The translations under genes were made by a program, and so were the position numbers. Shown here in pieces: positions 1 to 8,944 of a stretch of 30,457 bases of DNA. Where the stretch lies: IMG/VR virus record IMGVR_UViG_3300027843_000012, positions 1 to 30,457 of that record; one strand, written 5' to 3'. A model generated the notes under the pieces. The model saw nothing but the letters and a program-made list of their open reading frames with translations. It did no database searches and was not told where the DNA came from. Numbering within the stretch: the first letter of the stretch is position 1; each line of letters starts with the position of its first letter. Source of the DNA: a virus. Its lineage: Duplodnaviria; Caudoviricetes.

Positions 1-3000
1 TTTTTCTTTTTCTTCTTTGTCTTTAATGAAACTTACTTTTGCTTTATTTTGTGAATATCTATAAATTTTTTCTATTGCTTTTTCTTTTGACATTTCATCT
101 TCGTCAGTTGTTGTGTCTGGTAAAGATTTATAATAACTAGATTTAAATAATGCTTCTAGTGCATTATAATTAGATTTCCCATCAATTTTTGCAAATTTTT
201 CATATTGTTTTGGCGTTAAATTTATTTCTTCTTTATCGTTTGAAAAAGATGTGCTACTTACACTTGGTAATATTTTTGTATTTTGTGTTATTTCAAATAA
301 TTTAGCAAGTTCTTTATCTACTTTTGTCTCGTTTATATCTTTTATATATGATGGAGATACAAAGTTTTGTAAAGCAGCAGTTAGTGTATCACTTGTTTGT
401 TTTCTACCATAAGCATCAATATATGCTGGAAGTGTTTTACTTGCGAAAGGAACTTTTGCTATTTGTTTATTTAAAAACATTTGTACATTTTTAGGTGTGT
501 CTTTGTTTTTATCTGCCATAGTTGACCTTCTTGTAGTATCAATAGTTCTTGCAAATTGACCCATTAAAGTTGGAACATATTGTCCAGCATAGTTAAACGA
601 AGTATTTGCTATTAAGCCTTCTATTTTGTTGTCTTCATAAGAACTTAGTGTTGTGTTTATTCCTTGTAATAAAGACATTTCTGTTAAAGGGTCAAGCATC
701 TTACTAGCACTATCTAATAATTGCCAACCATTTATTTCTTTATCTTCTTCCATTGCTTTTTGAATTTCAACTCCTAAGAATATTGGAATTCCTATTGGTG
801 CAACCCAATCAAGAGAATAAGATTTTCCACCTATGTTAAGAGAATATCTTTGATTACCTTGAAGTTCACCAAATTTCTTTTCTTTATCATCTTCTGGACC
901 ACTAGCAGTTAGTATTCCTAATGCAGATAATAACATTCCTAGTGCAGTTGCACTTGTTCCTGTTAATCCTTTTGATAAGTTGTCTATGTATTTTGTTGCT
1001 GTTATTTCGTTGTTTTTTAATTTAACACTGTCTCTACTTAATGTTTTAATAAGTCCCAATGGTGAGTATTCAAGTCCAGTAGTTAATATGTTTGCTGGTG
1101 TTTTCTTATATGGAACAACCCCACTTATTGCTTCTCTAACAATAGGGTTAGCATTTCTTTCTGTACTAGATATATAATTTGCAAGAGCATTAAATTGTTT
1201 AAAAGTTGCTTCTAATGCTTGTGACACGGCATAACTTCTTGCTTTTTCAAGAGCAACGTTTGCTTGTGTTGTACCACTATTTAAATAGTCTGGAGTTAAG
1301 TTATTCGCTGCCATATAATTTGCTAATGTTCTTTCATAAACACCATTTGAAAATATTTTATCTCCCCACTCTAAACTTTTACTATTAAGTTCTGCCAAGA
1401 AATTCAATATTTTTCCATCAAACGCTCTTTTATTTTTGTTAATAAGGGATTTTGTATCGTATTTATCTCCGCTTAATCTATCAGCAACTTCTTTAACATC
1501 AAGTTTGGCAAATGTTTTTTGTTCTGGTGTTGCTTTCTTTAATGTTTTAGTTCTTTCTGCTGGATTAACAATAGTTTCAATGACTTTTGCTGTGAAGTTC
1601 TTTTGCGCTCTAACTGGTGTAAATATTGCATTTGCAACTAAGTTTTTTATGTGTGTTTTAGGATTTCCTAACATTGCTAAATATCTCCAAGACCTTGCTT
1701 TGTCTGCAAAAGATAATGGCATTTGTTGTGATATTTCTTGTATTGCATTTGCAACTGCTAAATCAAGTTCTTCTGTTGTTTTAGCATTTAAAATACTATC
1801 TTTAACTTCTTTACTTAATTTTATTTTTGGTTTTTTATCTTTATATCTTTTTTCTATATTTTTATTTTCTCTATAAATAATATTTGTTAAAGTCTGTAAG
1901 CGACCTCTTGGAGATAATTTATTTACCAAAGATAATGCTTGTATAGATTGTCCTAATTCAGTTGCCATAATAGAAACTTGACTTATAAGATTAGTAACTT
2001 TATCTAAATCTCCTTTTGCTTGTGCCTCTCTAATTAGAAGTTCAGTATTAACTATATCTTGTTTTGTAAATCTTTCACCTAATTCAAATTTGGTTTCAAT
2101 AGAATTGAGTAAATTATCATAACCGACTTGTTTTAAAGTGCTTTTACCTTTTTTAATAGCATCTTTATCTCCTTGTACAACATAATCAGTTTCCTCTATA
2201 AGTTTTTTAGTTTTTTTACTTAAAAGTGTACTTGATTTTATTGTTTTTTCAAAACCTCTTGTTTTAGTTTCTTCTTTTGTTACTTCAGCTTTAAGTCTTA
2301 TGTCTTCGTTTGATGTAGGTTTAAGGTTTGTTGTTTCTTTGATTTGGTTTGGTTCAAATGCAACATAATCATTTCCTGTATCATCAGCAAAATCAAAAAC
2401 ATCTTTTATAATTATCCCATCATATCCATCTCTTTTTGCTATATCTATAATGTCATTTGTTGATATTTGATTATAAAAATCTCCTGTTTTTTCATCTGTA
2501 TAATCAACTAATATTTCTTCATATCCTCTTCCTTCAGCATCTATAACTAGAGGATTTTTAATATTTAAAAAACTTTTAACTAGATATCCTTTTTTTGTAT
2601 CATAGTTATCAAATTCTGCCCATTGTTTTGCATATTGTTTTGCACCATCTTTATAATCTGTAAAAAATACACTTCCTTCAGAGAATTCGTTTATTGGTGC
2701 TGATGTACCATGATAGACAACTAATAAATTTCCATTTTCATCTCTAACTTTACTATCTTTAAAGTATTCTACCACTTCTCTAGGTAGTTTCTTACCTGTG
2801 CTGTCGTAGTTAGATACTACTTCTCCTTTAGAGTTTTTAACTACAAAATCTCCTTCAACTGATAACTGTTGTGTAGAAGTTGTTTCAAACTTACCTTTTA
2901 GTGCTTTTTCGTATAATTTTTCAGCCTTTTTATAAAATGCAAGTGTTTCTCTTTCTTCTTTTGTCATAGTTGCAACATTAGACAATGCTTTAACTCTTTC

Positions 3001-4809
3001 TTTAATATAGTCATAAAACTTTTGTGCCATATTTCTATTATCGTTTGCTAGTCTATTGATAAATGTTTCGTTTGATAATATATTGTCTACTGAAAAGTTA
3101 GCAACTATTTCTTTATATATGTCATTTTCTTGTAATGTTCTACCTTGTTGTGTATAAATAGGTTCATATATACTTCTAATATCTTCTATTGCTTGTTGTA
3201 ATTGTCCTTTTTTATCTAATTCAGTTAATATAAAATCACTAAATCCATCATATTCATCACTATTTTCTACAAAGTGTGAAAATTCGTGCTTAGCAGTTTC
3301 TATATGCTTATTAGGTGTCTTTTCATCAAGATATATTTTGTTATTTATAATAAGTCCAGGCAAGTTAGTTCCTTGTGGAATATTTAACTCTTGTTTTAAG
3401 TTATCCATATTAACTATTGCAAGTTCAACTTTAGCATTGTCTGGTAAAATTGTATTAACTTTATCTATAAAATTAACTACATTTGTATCTTCTGCTGTTA
3501 TTTGTACTACATTTCGCTCTATAACGGGGTTTATTTGACTTGTAAGAGGTGTTTGTGTAGTTGTTGGTGTATTTATATTAGTTTGAGGAATTGTTGTTGT
3601 AGGTGCTTCTAATTGAGTTTGAGTAGGTGCTTCTGGTTTTGTTCCAATTTTATTAAGTCCTGTATTTATAGATGAACCTAAAACATTTGTTGCTCCACCT
3701 AGTAATAATGCTCCTGCTCCACCTAATATTGCACTTTGTTGTAATCTTGCAGCATCTTGTGAACTATCTCTTTTTATTCCTGCTTGTTGTGTCGCTCTTT
3801 TTTCTCCTTCAATAGTTGATTTTTCTTGTAGCGTTTCTTCTATTGCTTCTGTTGGAATGTTTGCTAAATAAGATTTACCAGCCTTTTTAAGCCAACTTTC
3901 TACCATTTCTCCACCATATTTTTTAACTAAAGAAGATTTAACTGCTCCTGTAAGTTTAGAAAACTGACCCATAGTAACTAGGTCTATAATACTTTCTCCG
4001 CCTTCTATTCCTGCATTGATAAGTCCTACATTTTTTGCTTCTTTTTTGGCAATATCTTCTGGAACTCCCATTTCAATCATTGTTTGGTATGCACTTCCAT
4101 ATTCCATTTTATAAGTGCTTTCTGCAGTTCCTTTTACATAACCTGCTCCACCTGCTAATTTTGCTCCTCCAATTGCTCCTGCTCCTGTACCTGCTCCTCC
4201 AGTTGCTAAACCTGTAAGTCCAGCCCCTATTAAAGCACCTCCAACAGATAACACACCACCTTGTTTTATTCCTTCAATTTGGCTTTCTACTGAACTTGGT
4301 GCAGATGTTATTGTTTGAGTAATTATATTTTTAGATTTAGTTATCTCTGGGTATTTATTTTCAAACTCTACAATTTGTTTTGATATTTTTTCTACATCAT
4401 TCTTTTCACCTTGTGCTTTTTTATAATACTCAAGAGATAAGTTTTTTTGTAAATCTCCATGCCTATATGCTAATGGTGCTGTTTGAATAGGCTTAACTGC
4501 TTTTTCTTCTACACTTCTACCCATTTGCTTAACTTCACCAAATGCTCCTTGTAGTCCTGCTCCACCACGATTTATAGTTGAAGAAGATAGTTTTTGTGCT
4601 TCTTGTTGTAATTTAGTATTTGCTTTTTGTTGCTCTTTAGTATAGTCTGGCATAGGCGCAAATGAAAAACCTGTTCTTGATGTAGGTTGAGTTATAATGG
4701 GTTCTTGTTTTGGCCTAGATAAATCACCTAATGTTAATTGTTTTGGTTTAGAAGAAGGAGTAGTTGATACTCCTTTTTGTAAATCTCCTAATGTCAGTTG
4801 TTTTGCCAT
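1..4809 (-). CDS. Large polyvalent DNA-ejection/internal virion protein (>1603 aa, runs off the window): Gly-rich hydrophobic N-region, zincin metallopeptidase, ADP-ribosyltransferase (ART-PolyVal-like) and large helical C-terminal region
   Basis: Not in the ORF track. Translated by hand: ATG at 4809 after GGAGG RBS, MAKQLTLGDLQKG..., frame open to base 1 (...RYSQNKAKVSFIKDKEEKEK). HEFSH at 3288-3274 with downstream KEIVAN. VVYHGT (~2720-2704)...FFT...A..YA...FLNIKNPL...GYDGII...DYVAFEPNQIK (~2370-2338). Located at the end of a podoviral virion operon. Confidence 0.88.
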   Translation of the reverse strand, partial: MAKQLTLGDLQKGVSTTPSSKPKQLTLGDLSRPKQEPIITQPTSRTGFSFAPMPDYTKEQQKANTKLQQEAQKLSSSTINRGGAGLQGAFGEVKQMGRSVEEKAVKPIQTAPLAYRHGDLQKNLSLEYYKKAQGEKNDVEKISKQIVEFENKYPEITKSKNIITQTITSAPSSVESQIEGIKQGGVLSVGGALIGAGLTGLATGGAGTGAGAIGGAKLAGGAGYVKGTAESTYKMEYGSAYQTMIEMGVPEDIAKKEAKNVGLINAGIEGGESIIDLVTMGQFSKLTGAVKSSLVKKYGGEMVESWLKKAGKSYLANIPTEAIEETLQEKSTIEGEKRATQQAGIKRDSSQDAARLQQSAILGGAGALLLGGATNVLGSSINTGLNKIGTKPEAPTQTQLEAPTTTIPQTNINTPTTTQTPLTSQINPVIERNVVQITAEDTNVVNFIDKVNTILPDNAKVELAIVNMDNLKQELNIPQGTNLPGLIINNKIYLDEKTPNKHIETAKHEFSHFVENSDEYDGFSDFILTELDKKGQLQQAIEDIRSIYEPIYTQQGRTLQENDIYKEIVANFSVDNILSNETFINRLANDNRNMAQKFYDYIKERVKALSNVATMTKEERETLAFYKKAEKLYEKALKGKFETTSTQQLSVEGDFVVKNSKGEVVSNYDSTGKKLPREVVEYFKDSKVRDENGNLLVVYHGTSAPINEFSEGSVFFTDYKDGAKQYAKQWAEFDNYDTKKGYLVKSFLNIKNPLVIDAEGRGYEEILVDYTDEKTGDFYNQISTNDIIDIAKRDGYDGIIIKDVFDFADDTGNDYVAFEPNQIKETTNLKPTSNEDIRLKAEVTKEETKTRGFEKTIKSSTLLSKKTKKLIEETDYVVQGDKDAIKKGKSTLKQVGYDNLLNSIETKFELGERFTKQDIVNTELLIREAQAKGDLDKVTNLISQVSIMATELGQSIQALSLVNKLSPRGRLQTLTNIIYRENKNIEKRYKDKKPKIKLSKEVKDSILNAKTTEELDLAVANAIQEISQQMPLSFADKARSWRYLAMLGNPKTHIKNLVANAIFTPVRAQKNFTAKVIETIVNPAERTKTLKKATPEQKTFAKLDVKEVADRLSGDKYDTKSLINKNKRAFDGKILNFLAELNSKSLEWGDKIFSNGVYERTLANYMAANNLTPDYLNSGTTQANVALEKARSYAVSQALEATFKQFNALANYISSTERNANPIVREAISGVVPYKKTPANILTTGLEYSPLGLIKTLSRDSVKLKNNEITATKYIDNLSKGLTGTSATALGMLLSALGILTASGPEDDKEKKFGELQGNQRYSLNIGGKSYSLDWVAPIGIPIFLGVEIQKAMEEDKEINGWQLLDSASKMLDPLTEMSLLQGINTTLSSYEDNKIEGLIANTSFNYAGQYVPTLMGQFARTIDTTRRSTMADKNKDTPKNVQMFLNKQIAKVPFASKTLPAYIDAYGRKQTSDTLTAALQNFVSPSYIKDINETKVDKELAKLFEITQNTKILPSVSSTSFSNDKEEINLTPKQYEKFAKIDGKSNYNALEALFKSSYYKSLPDTTTDEDEMSKEKAIEKIYRYSQNKAKVSFIKDKEEKEK

Positions 4810-4821
4810 ATTTAATTCCTC

Positions 4822-5688
4822 CTAACCTGTATAAGGTTGATAATCGTTTTTTGTTCCATCCCAATACCATAATGTAGCATTATTTCCTGTTCCTTTAGCC
4901 CATACTTTTTGGTCTTGTCCATTTACATTTTTAATAACTTCACTATCTACTAATTTAGTTCCTTTTATGTTGTTTGGTTGGTAACCATTACTAAATGCGT
5001 TTTTAGGGTCATATTTTTTTTCTGTGTCTAATAAATTCTTATTAACAGTTCCTGTGAAAGGATTTGTTCCTACATTAAAACTTGCTTGTGTTATACTTCC
5101 ATCTTGGTTAGGTATATTATAAACTACCTTACTACCACTCTTAACTCCTTGAAGTCCTGTTTGATAAGATAAAGGTATATTTGATATTTTAGTTATTTTA
5201 CCAACATTATTTTGTGCTGTTTTTCTAGCATCTGCTATTGCTTTTTGTTTTGCTTCTTCTTGTGCTTGTTTATAATTGAATACATTTTTCATATAATCTA
5301 AATTTATTGCACCTTGTTGTTTAGATAATTCTGCTCCTGTTTGCATTTCTAAATTAGTTCTTTGATTTTGTATTCCTTGCATTGCTTCATTTTCTGCAGT
5401 TTGAATTGTTCCTAGATTTTGATTTAATTGATTTGTTCTAGCAATTTCTCCTTCTCCTGCTGTACCACTTGATGTTAAACCACGATTTGCTAAAAATTCT
5501 GCAAAGTTTTTTGCTCCCATTTGACTTCCTGTACTTGCTTGTTGTCTTTGTAAAGCATATTTAGGTTTTAATTGTGCTTCTTGTTGTGACAAAGTTGTCA
5601 TTCCTATTTCTTTTTGTTTTTGCAATTCTTCTGTTGTCGTTTTTATTTGGGCATCTCTTAATGCTTGAAGTTCTTGTTCATAGTTCAT
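4822..5688 (-). CDS. Putative ejection/pilot (internal virion) protein
   Basis: Q/E/A-rich coiled-coil N-half with an 'ANRGLTSSG' motif. Lies between tail genes and the giant ejection protein, as P22/T7 ejection proteins do (synteny inference). Confidence 0.55.
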   Translation of the reverse strand: MNYEQELQALRDAQIKTTTEELQKQKEIGMTTLSQQEAQLKPKYALQRQQASTGSQMGAKNFAEFLANRGLTSSGTAGEGEIARTNQLNQNLGTIQTAENEAMQGIQNQRTNLEMQTGAELSKQQGAINLDYMKNVFNYKQAQEEAKQKAIADARKTAQNNVGKITKISNIPLSYQTGLQGVKSGSKVVYNIPNQDGSITQASFNVGTNPFTGTVNKNLLDTEKKYDPKNAFSNGYQPNNIKGTKLVDSEVIKNVNGQDQKVWAKGTGNNATLWYWDGTKNDYQPYTG

Positions 5689-6083
5689 TTAGTTTTACCT
5701 CCTTTTATGTATTCTTCTTTCAATTCTTGTTCGTAAAGTTCTTTTAATACCTTATATTGAGCAGACACTTCGCCGTTTAATCTTAATTCATCTACATATT
5801 TTTGTCCTGCTTTAACTCTTTCACTTAATGGTAAGCAAGAATTAGTTACTGCTGACTTTAAATTTTGTATATGTATTTCATCCAATTGTATTTTATGTTC
5901 CTTTAATTCTGTTCTTATTTCATTTATTTCAATTTTAGTTGGTTCATTTAACCACTCTCTAAAACCATTAAAAGGATTATATTTTGTAAATGTTTGGATT
6001 ATAACTGCTAAAGAAGTCATAAGTGTTGCTCCCCCTACTATAATATTACTATAAAATTGTATATTTGTAAATAGTTCACTCAT
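5685..6083 (-). CDS. Small membrane-anchored coiled-coil protein (possible holin-like or lysis accessory)
   Basis: Start likely ATG 6083 (ATGA overlap with the upstream stop) rather than 6140. One N-terminal hydrophobic helix (NIIVGGATLMTSLAVII) followed by a charged helical region. Confidence 0.5.
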   Translation of the reverse strand: MSELFTNIQFYSNIIVGGATLMTSLAVIIQTFTKYNPFNGFREWLNEPTKIEINEIRTELKEHKIQLDEIHIQNLKSAVTNSCLPLSERVKAGQKYVDELRLNGEVSAQYKVLKELYEQELKEEYIKGGKTK

Positions 6084-6655
6084 ATACTTTGTTTCCACAC
6101 TCCAGAAACTTTTGTATATACTCCAATTGCTTGTTTCCATACTCCACTTACTTTAACATAAGTTAGTCCCTGTTTCCATATTCCAGATACTTTTGTGTGT
6201 AATATTCCTCTAGGTATAAGAGTTAATGTTGCTGTGCCACTTGCTGATACATTGCCAGGTCCAAAACCTGCGCTTGGTAAACTAAATGACATTGATATAG
6301 AACAATCTTTACTTCCATCTTCATTATGGTCTACATATACTTCTTTATATGCTGGTGATAATTGTTCTATAATGTTTTCTGCCACTCTACCAGTAGGACT
6401 ATCTCCTAAAGAGTAAGTCCAACCGCTATCAGTGTTTGAATTGAAGTTTCCATAAGAATAAGGTGTTCCATTTATTGTTATTGTCATTCCTGATGCTGTC
6501 CCATTCCAATCATATGCTGGAGTTAAAGTATCTATGATAGGTATAACTCTAACTAAACTTCTATTATTTTCTGTGTCAACAGATATTTCTTGCCAATAGA
6601 TAAAACTTCTGTTTCTATCTGCATTTTGAGATACTGTTCCTTGTATTAGTCCCAT
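6080..6655 (-). CDS. Minor tail/structural protein, DUF859-like beta domain with three C-terminal KVSGxWKQ repeats
   Basis: 'ISVDTENNRSLVRV...ITING...VYVDHNEDGSKDCSIS...SGTATLTLIPR' resembles the DUF859-type N-domain. Three KVSG(I/V)WKQ repeats at the C-terminus. Confidence 0.55.
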   Translation of the reverse strand: MGLIQGTVSQNADRNRSFIYWQEISVDTENNRSLVRVIPIIDTLTPAYDWNGTASGMTITINGTPYSYGNFNSNTDSGWTYSLGDSPTGRVAENIIEQLSPAYKEVYVDHNEDGSKDCSISMSFSLPSAGFGPGNVSASGTATLTLIPRGILHTKVSGIWKQGLTYVKVSGVWKQAIGVYTKVSGVWKQSI

Positions 6656-6666
6656 ATATTCACGAC

Positions 6667-7059
6667 CTAACTATACTTAATCCAGATATCTCCATCGCTT
6701 CCACCACTAGGTGAACCTGTTGATACTGTAATATTTCGTGTTGCAATACTTCCTAATCCTAAATTAGTTCTTGATGTTGAAGCACTTGTAACATCACTTA
6801 AGTTGTTTGCTTTAACTAAAAGTGTGCTAACATCTATTCCATCAAGTTCTGCTTCAATGTCTGTTATATCGCCTTGTATTCCTGTTATAAGTGTATCTAA
6901 TTCTTCTGTTAATGTTGAATTTATATAAGTTTTTAAGTCTGCTCCTGTTTGGTCAAACTTTGCTTTGAATGTTTGTGTTGTAAGTCCTTCTGCTGAACTA
7001 GGTGTATCGCTTAAAGACTGAATGTTATTTACAACAACCGCTGTTTTTGTAAGTCCCAT
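6667..7059 (-). CDS. Small tail-fibre/needle-associated structural protein
   Basis: Coiled coil followed by the fibre-type motifs KANNLSDV...RTNLGLGSIAT and PSGGSDGDIWIKY. GGAG RBS. Confidence 0.55.
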   Translation of the reverse strand: MGLTKTAVVVNNIQSLSDTPSSAEGLTTQTFKAKFDQTGADLKTYINSTLTEELDTLITGIQGDITDIEAELDGIDVSTLLVKANNLSDVTSASTSRTNLGLGSIATRNITVSTGSPSGGSDGDIWIKYS

Positions 7060-7073
7060 ATTTAATTTCCTCC

Positions 7074-8930
7074 TTATTTACTTTCACTACCTAATTCAAC
7101 TTGCATATCAACTTCTAATATCTTGCAAGTTTCGGTAGAACTTGAGTTTTTTATTACCATTTTTAAATAACTAAACTTTTTGGCTTTTAGTTTTAATCTA
7201 AATGGTGTCGGGTTGAAGTTTACTCTAAAACTCCAATTTGGTAAAATGAATGTTGTTTTATTTATTTCTAATAATGCTAAACTTGATGTTATTGTTTGGT
7301 CTACAAGTCCATATTCTTTATCTGTTATATAATTGAATGTTGCACTTGCTTTTGTTTGTGGTTGAATTGCTACCCATATCTTGTTTAAAGTTTTCTTTAA
7401 TGATATTGCACCAAAGTCTATAAATCCACTTTCAAAGTAAGCATTTATTGTTGTTCCATCAAATGTTACAAAGTCTTGAGAGAACTTAACTACTTTACCT
7501 GTGTCTGTTCCCATATATAAAATGCCATTTATTGTAAAGAAACAAGTTATATTATCTGCTAATAAATGTCTTGAGAACACCCTTTGTTGATTATTACCAT
7601 CACTTAATCCATAATGCCATATATAAAGTTTATTTCCTACTATTAACCAATATTGGTCTTCTTCTTCATAGTCATAAGTTATAGCATTTTCAAGCGTTAA
7701 ATCTTCTAAGTCAAACCATATTTTTTCACTTATGTTATCTACATTTCTTTCATCTCTAACTGTTGTAGTGTTGAATACTTGTAGTCCTTTATCTATTACA
7801 ACTGGTTTGTTATCTATTACTTGTCCTTGTCCTAATGCTACATTTCCAACTGTATCGTTAAGTGGAAATACAGGAAAAGATACTATTGTAACTCCGTTTA
7901 TTTCTACACTTTCATAATTAGAATAAAAACTCTTATTATCATCTTTACTTATAATCATTCTACTTTGTTGTTTTGATATATTAGTAACTGCACTATTTGA
8001 TACTCCAACATCATTGAACTTGATAGAAGGGAAGTATTCTGCACTTGGTACTCCATCTGCTAAATCACTAAATCTTATTCTGTTTTGTTCTGTTGGGTTT
8101 CCGTACAAGAAAACTCTTGTATCGTTATTAGGTCCAAATGCAATAAGTTCTTTATGTTTAACTATCTTATCTCTATCACCTGTACCTTTAGTCCAATATA
8201 TTTCTACATTATCTAATCCAGTTGTAGGAAAGTTACCTGCTGTGAAAGTAACTACTCCTGTTGTTAAGTCAACTGTATAATGTGTTGTAACTGTCTTTAA
8301 AACTCCACCTACATAAACACTATCTACACTCGTTAAAGATGTTTCTGGTAGTTTATATGTTGCTGTGCCATCTCCGTTGAATGTCATTCGTTTCTTACCT
8401 GTTAAAAGGTTTAATGCATCGTAAGATGTTCCTGCTCCTGTACTAGGTGTTCCAGATATTAAAATTTTTGGAATATAACCTACTACATCTGCTATTGTAC
8501 TTGTTCCAGCCCAAGACTTATACTCTGCTCCATTTAAGATATATACTTTACCTGCAAAAGGTAAAAATCTTGTTGTAGCATTTGTTAATGTACCGAGGTC
8601 GGTACAATGTGTTGTAAATGTGTCAGTGTCCCATTCTGCTTCATCACTCCAATAGTCATTGTCTATTTTATATATATGTCCATCTGTTGCTATTAAGAAG
8701 TGAAATTCATTGTTTAATTCTCCGTACCACATTCCCTTTATAGGTTTAGTTGTATTTAAAAATTTCATATAACCATACATTTTTTCTAACTTATGATTTT
8801 CTGTTATAAAATAGTTAGTCATATTTGGACTTTCTCCAAGAATTAGTTGTGTTTCTCCTGTTAGATTAAGTCCATAGAACTTTTTTATCTTAACTGGTTG
8901 TGGTATTGATTTTTGTTGTATTGTTGCCAT
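7074..8930 (-). CDS. Tail nozzle / head-stabilization protein (P22 gp10 / T7 gp12-like beta-propeller)
   Basis: ~618 aa, beta-rich. N-terminal FYGLN...ESPNMTNY...LEKMYGY and C-terminal YFESGFIDFG...KKTLNKIW motifs typical of this family. Start moved to ATG 8930 (GAGG RBS upstream). Confidence 0.72.
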   Translation of the reverse strand: MATIQQKSIPQPVKIKKFYGLNLTGETQLILGESPNMTNYFITENHKLEKMYGYMKFLNTTKPIKGMWYGELNNEFHFLIATDGHIYKIDNDYWSDEAEWDTDTFTTHCTDLGTLTNATTRFLPFAGKVYILNGAEYKSWAGTSTIADVVGYIPKILISGTPSTGAGTSYDALNLLTGKKRMTFNGDGTATYKLPETSLTSVDSVYVGGVLKTVTTHYTVDLTTGVVTFTAGNFPTTGLDNVEIYWTKGTGDRDKIVKHKELIAFGPNNDTRVFLYGNPTEQNRIRFSDLADGVPSAEYFPSIKFNDVGVSNSAVTNISKQQSRMIISKDDNKSFYSNYESVEINGVTIVSFPVFPLNDTVGNVALGQGQVIDNKPVVIDKGLQVFNTTTVRDERNVDNISEKIWFDLEDLTLENAITYDYEEEDQYWLIVGNKLYIWHYGLSDGNNQQRVFSRHLLADNITCFFTINGILYMGTDTGKVVKFSQDFVTFDGTTINAYFESGFIDFGAISLKKTLNKIWVAIQPQTKASATFNYITDKEYGLVDQTITSSLALLEINKTTFILPNWSFRVNFNPTPFRLKLKAKKFSYLKMVIKNSSSTETCKILEVDMQVELGSESK

Positions 8931-8944
8931 TTCTTTCCTCCTAA

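Noticed and set aside
1-4809. Tape-measure protein
   Set aside because: No tail tube, tail terminator or assembly-chaperone genes; the portal/adaptor/nozzle set is podoviral and the domains match polyvalent ejection proteins.
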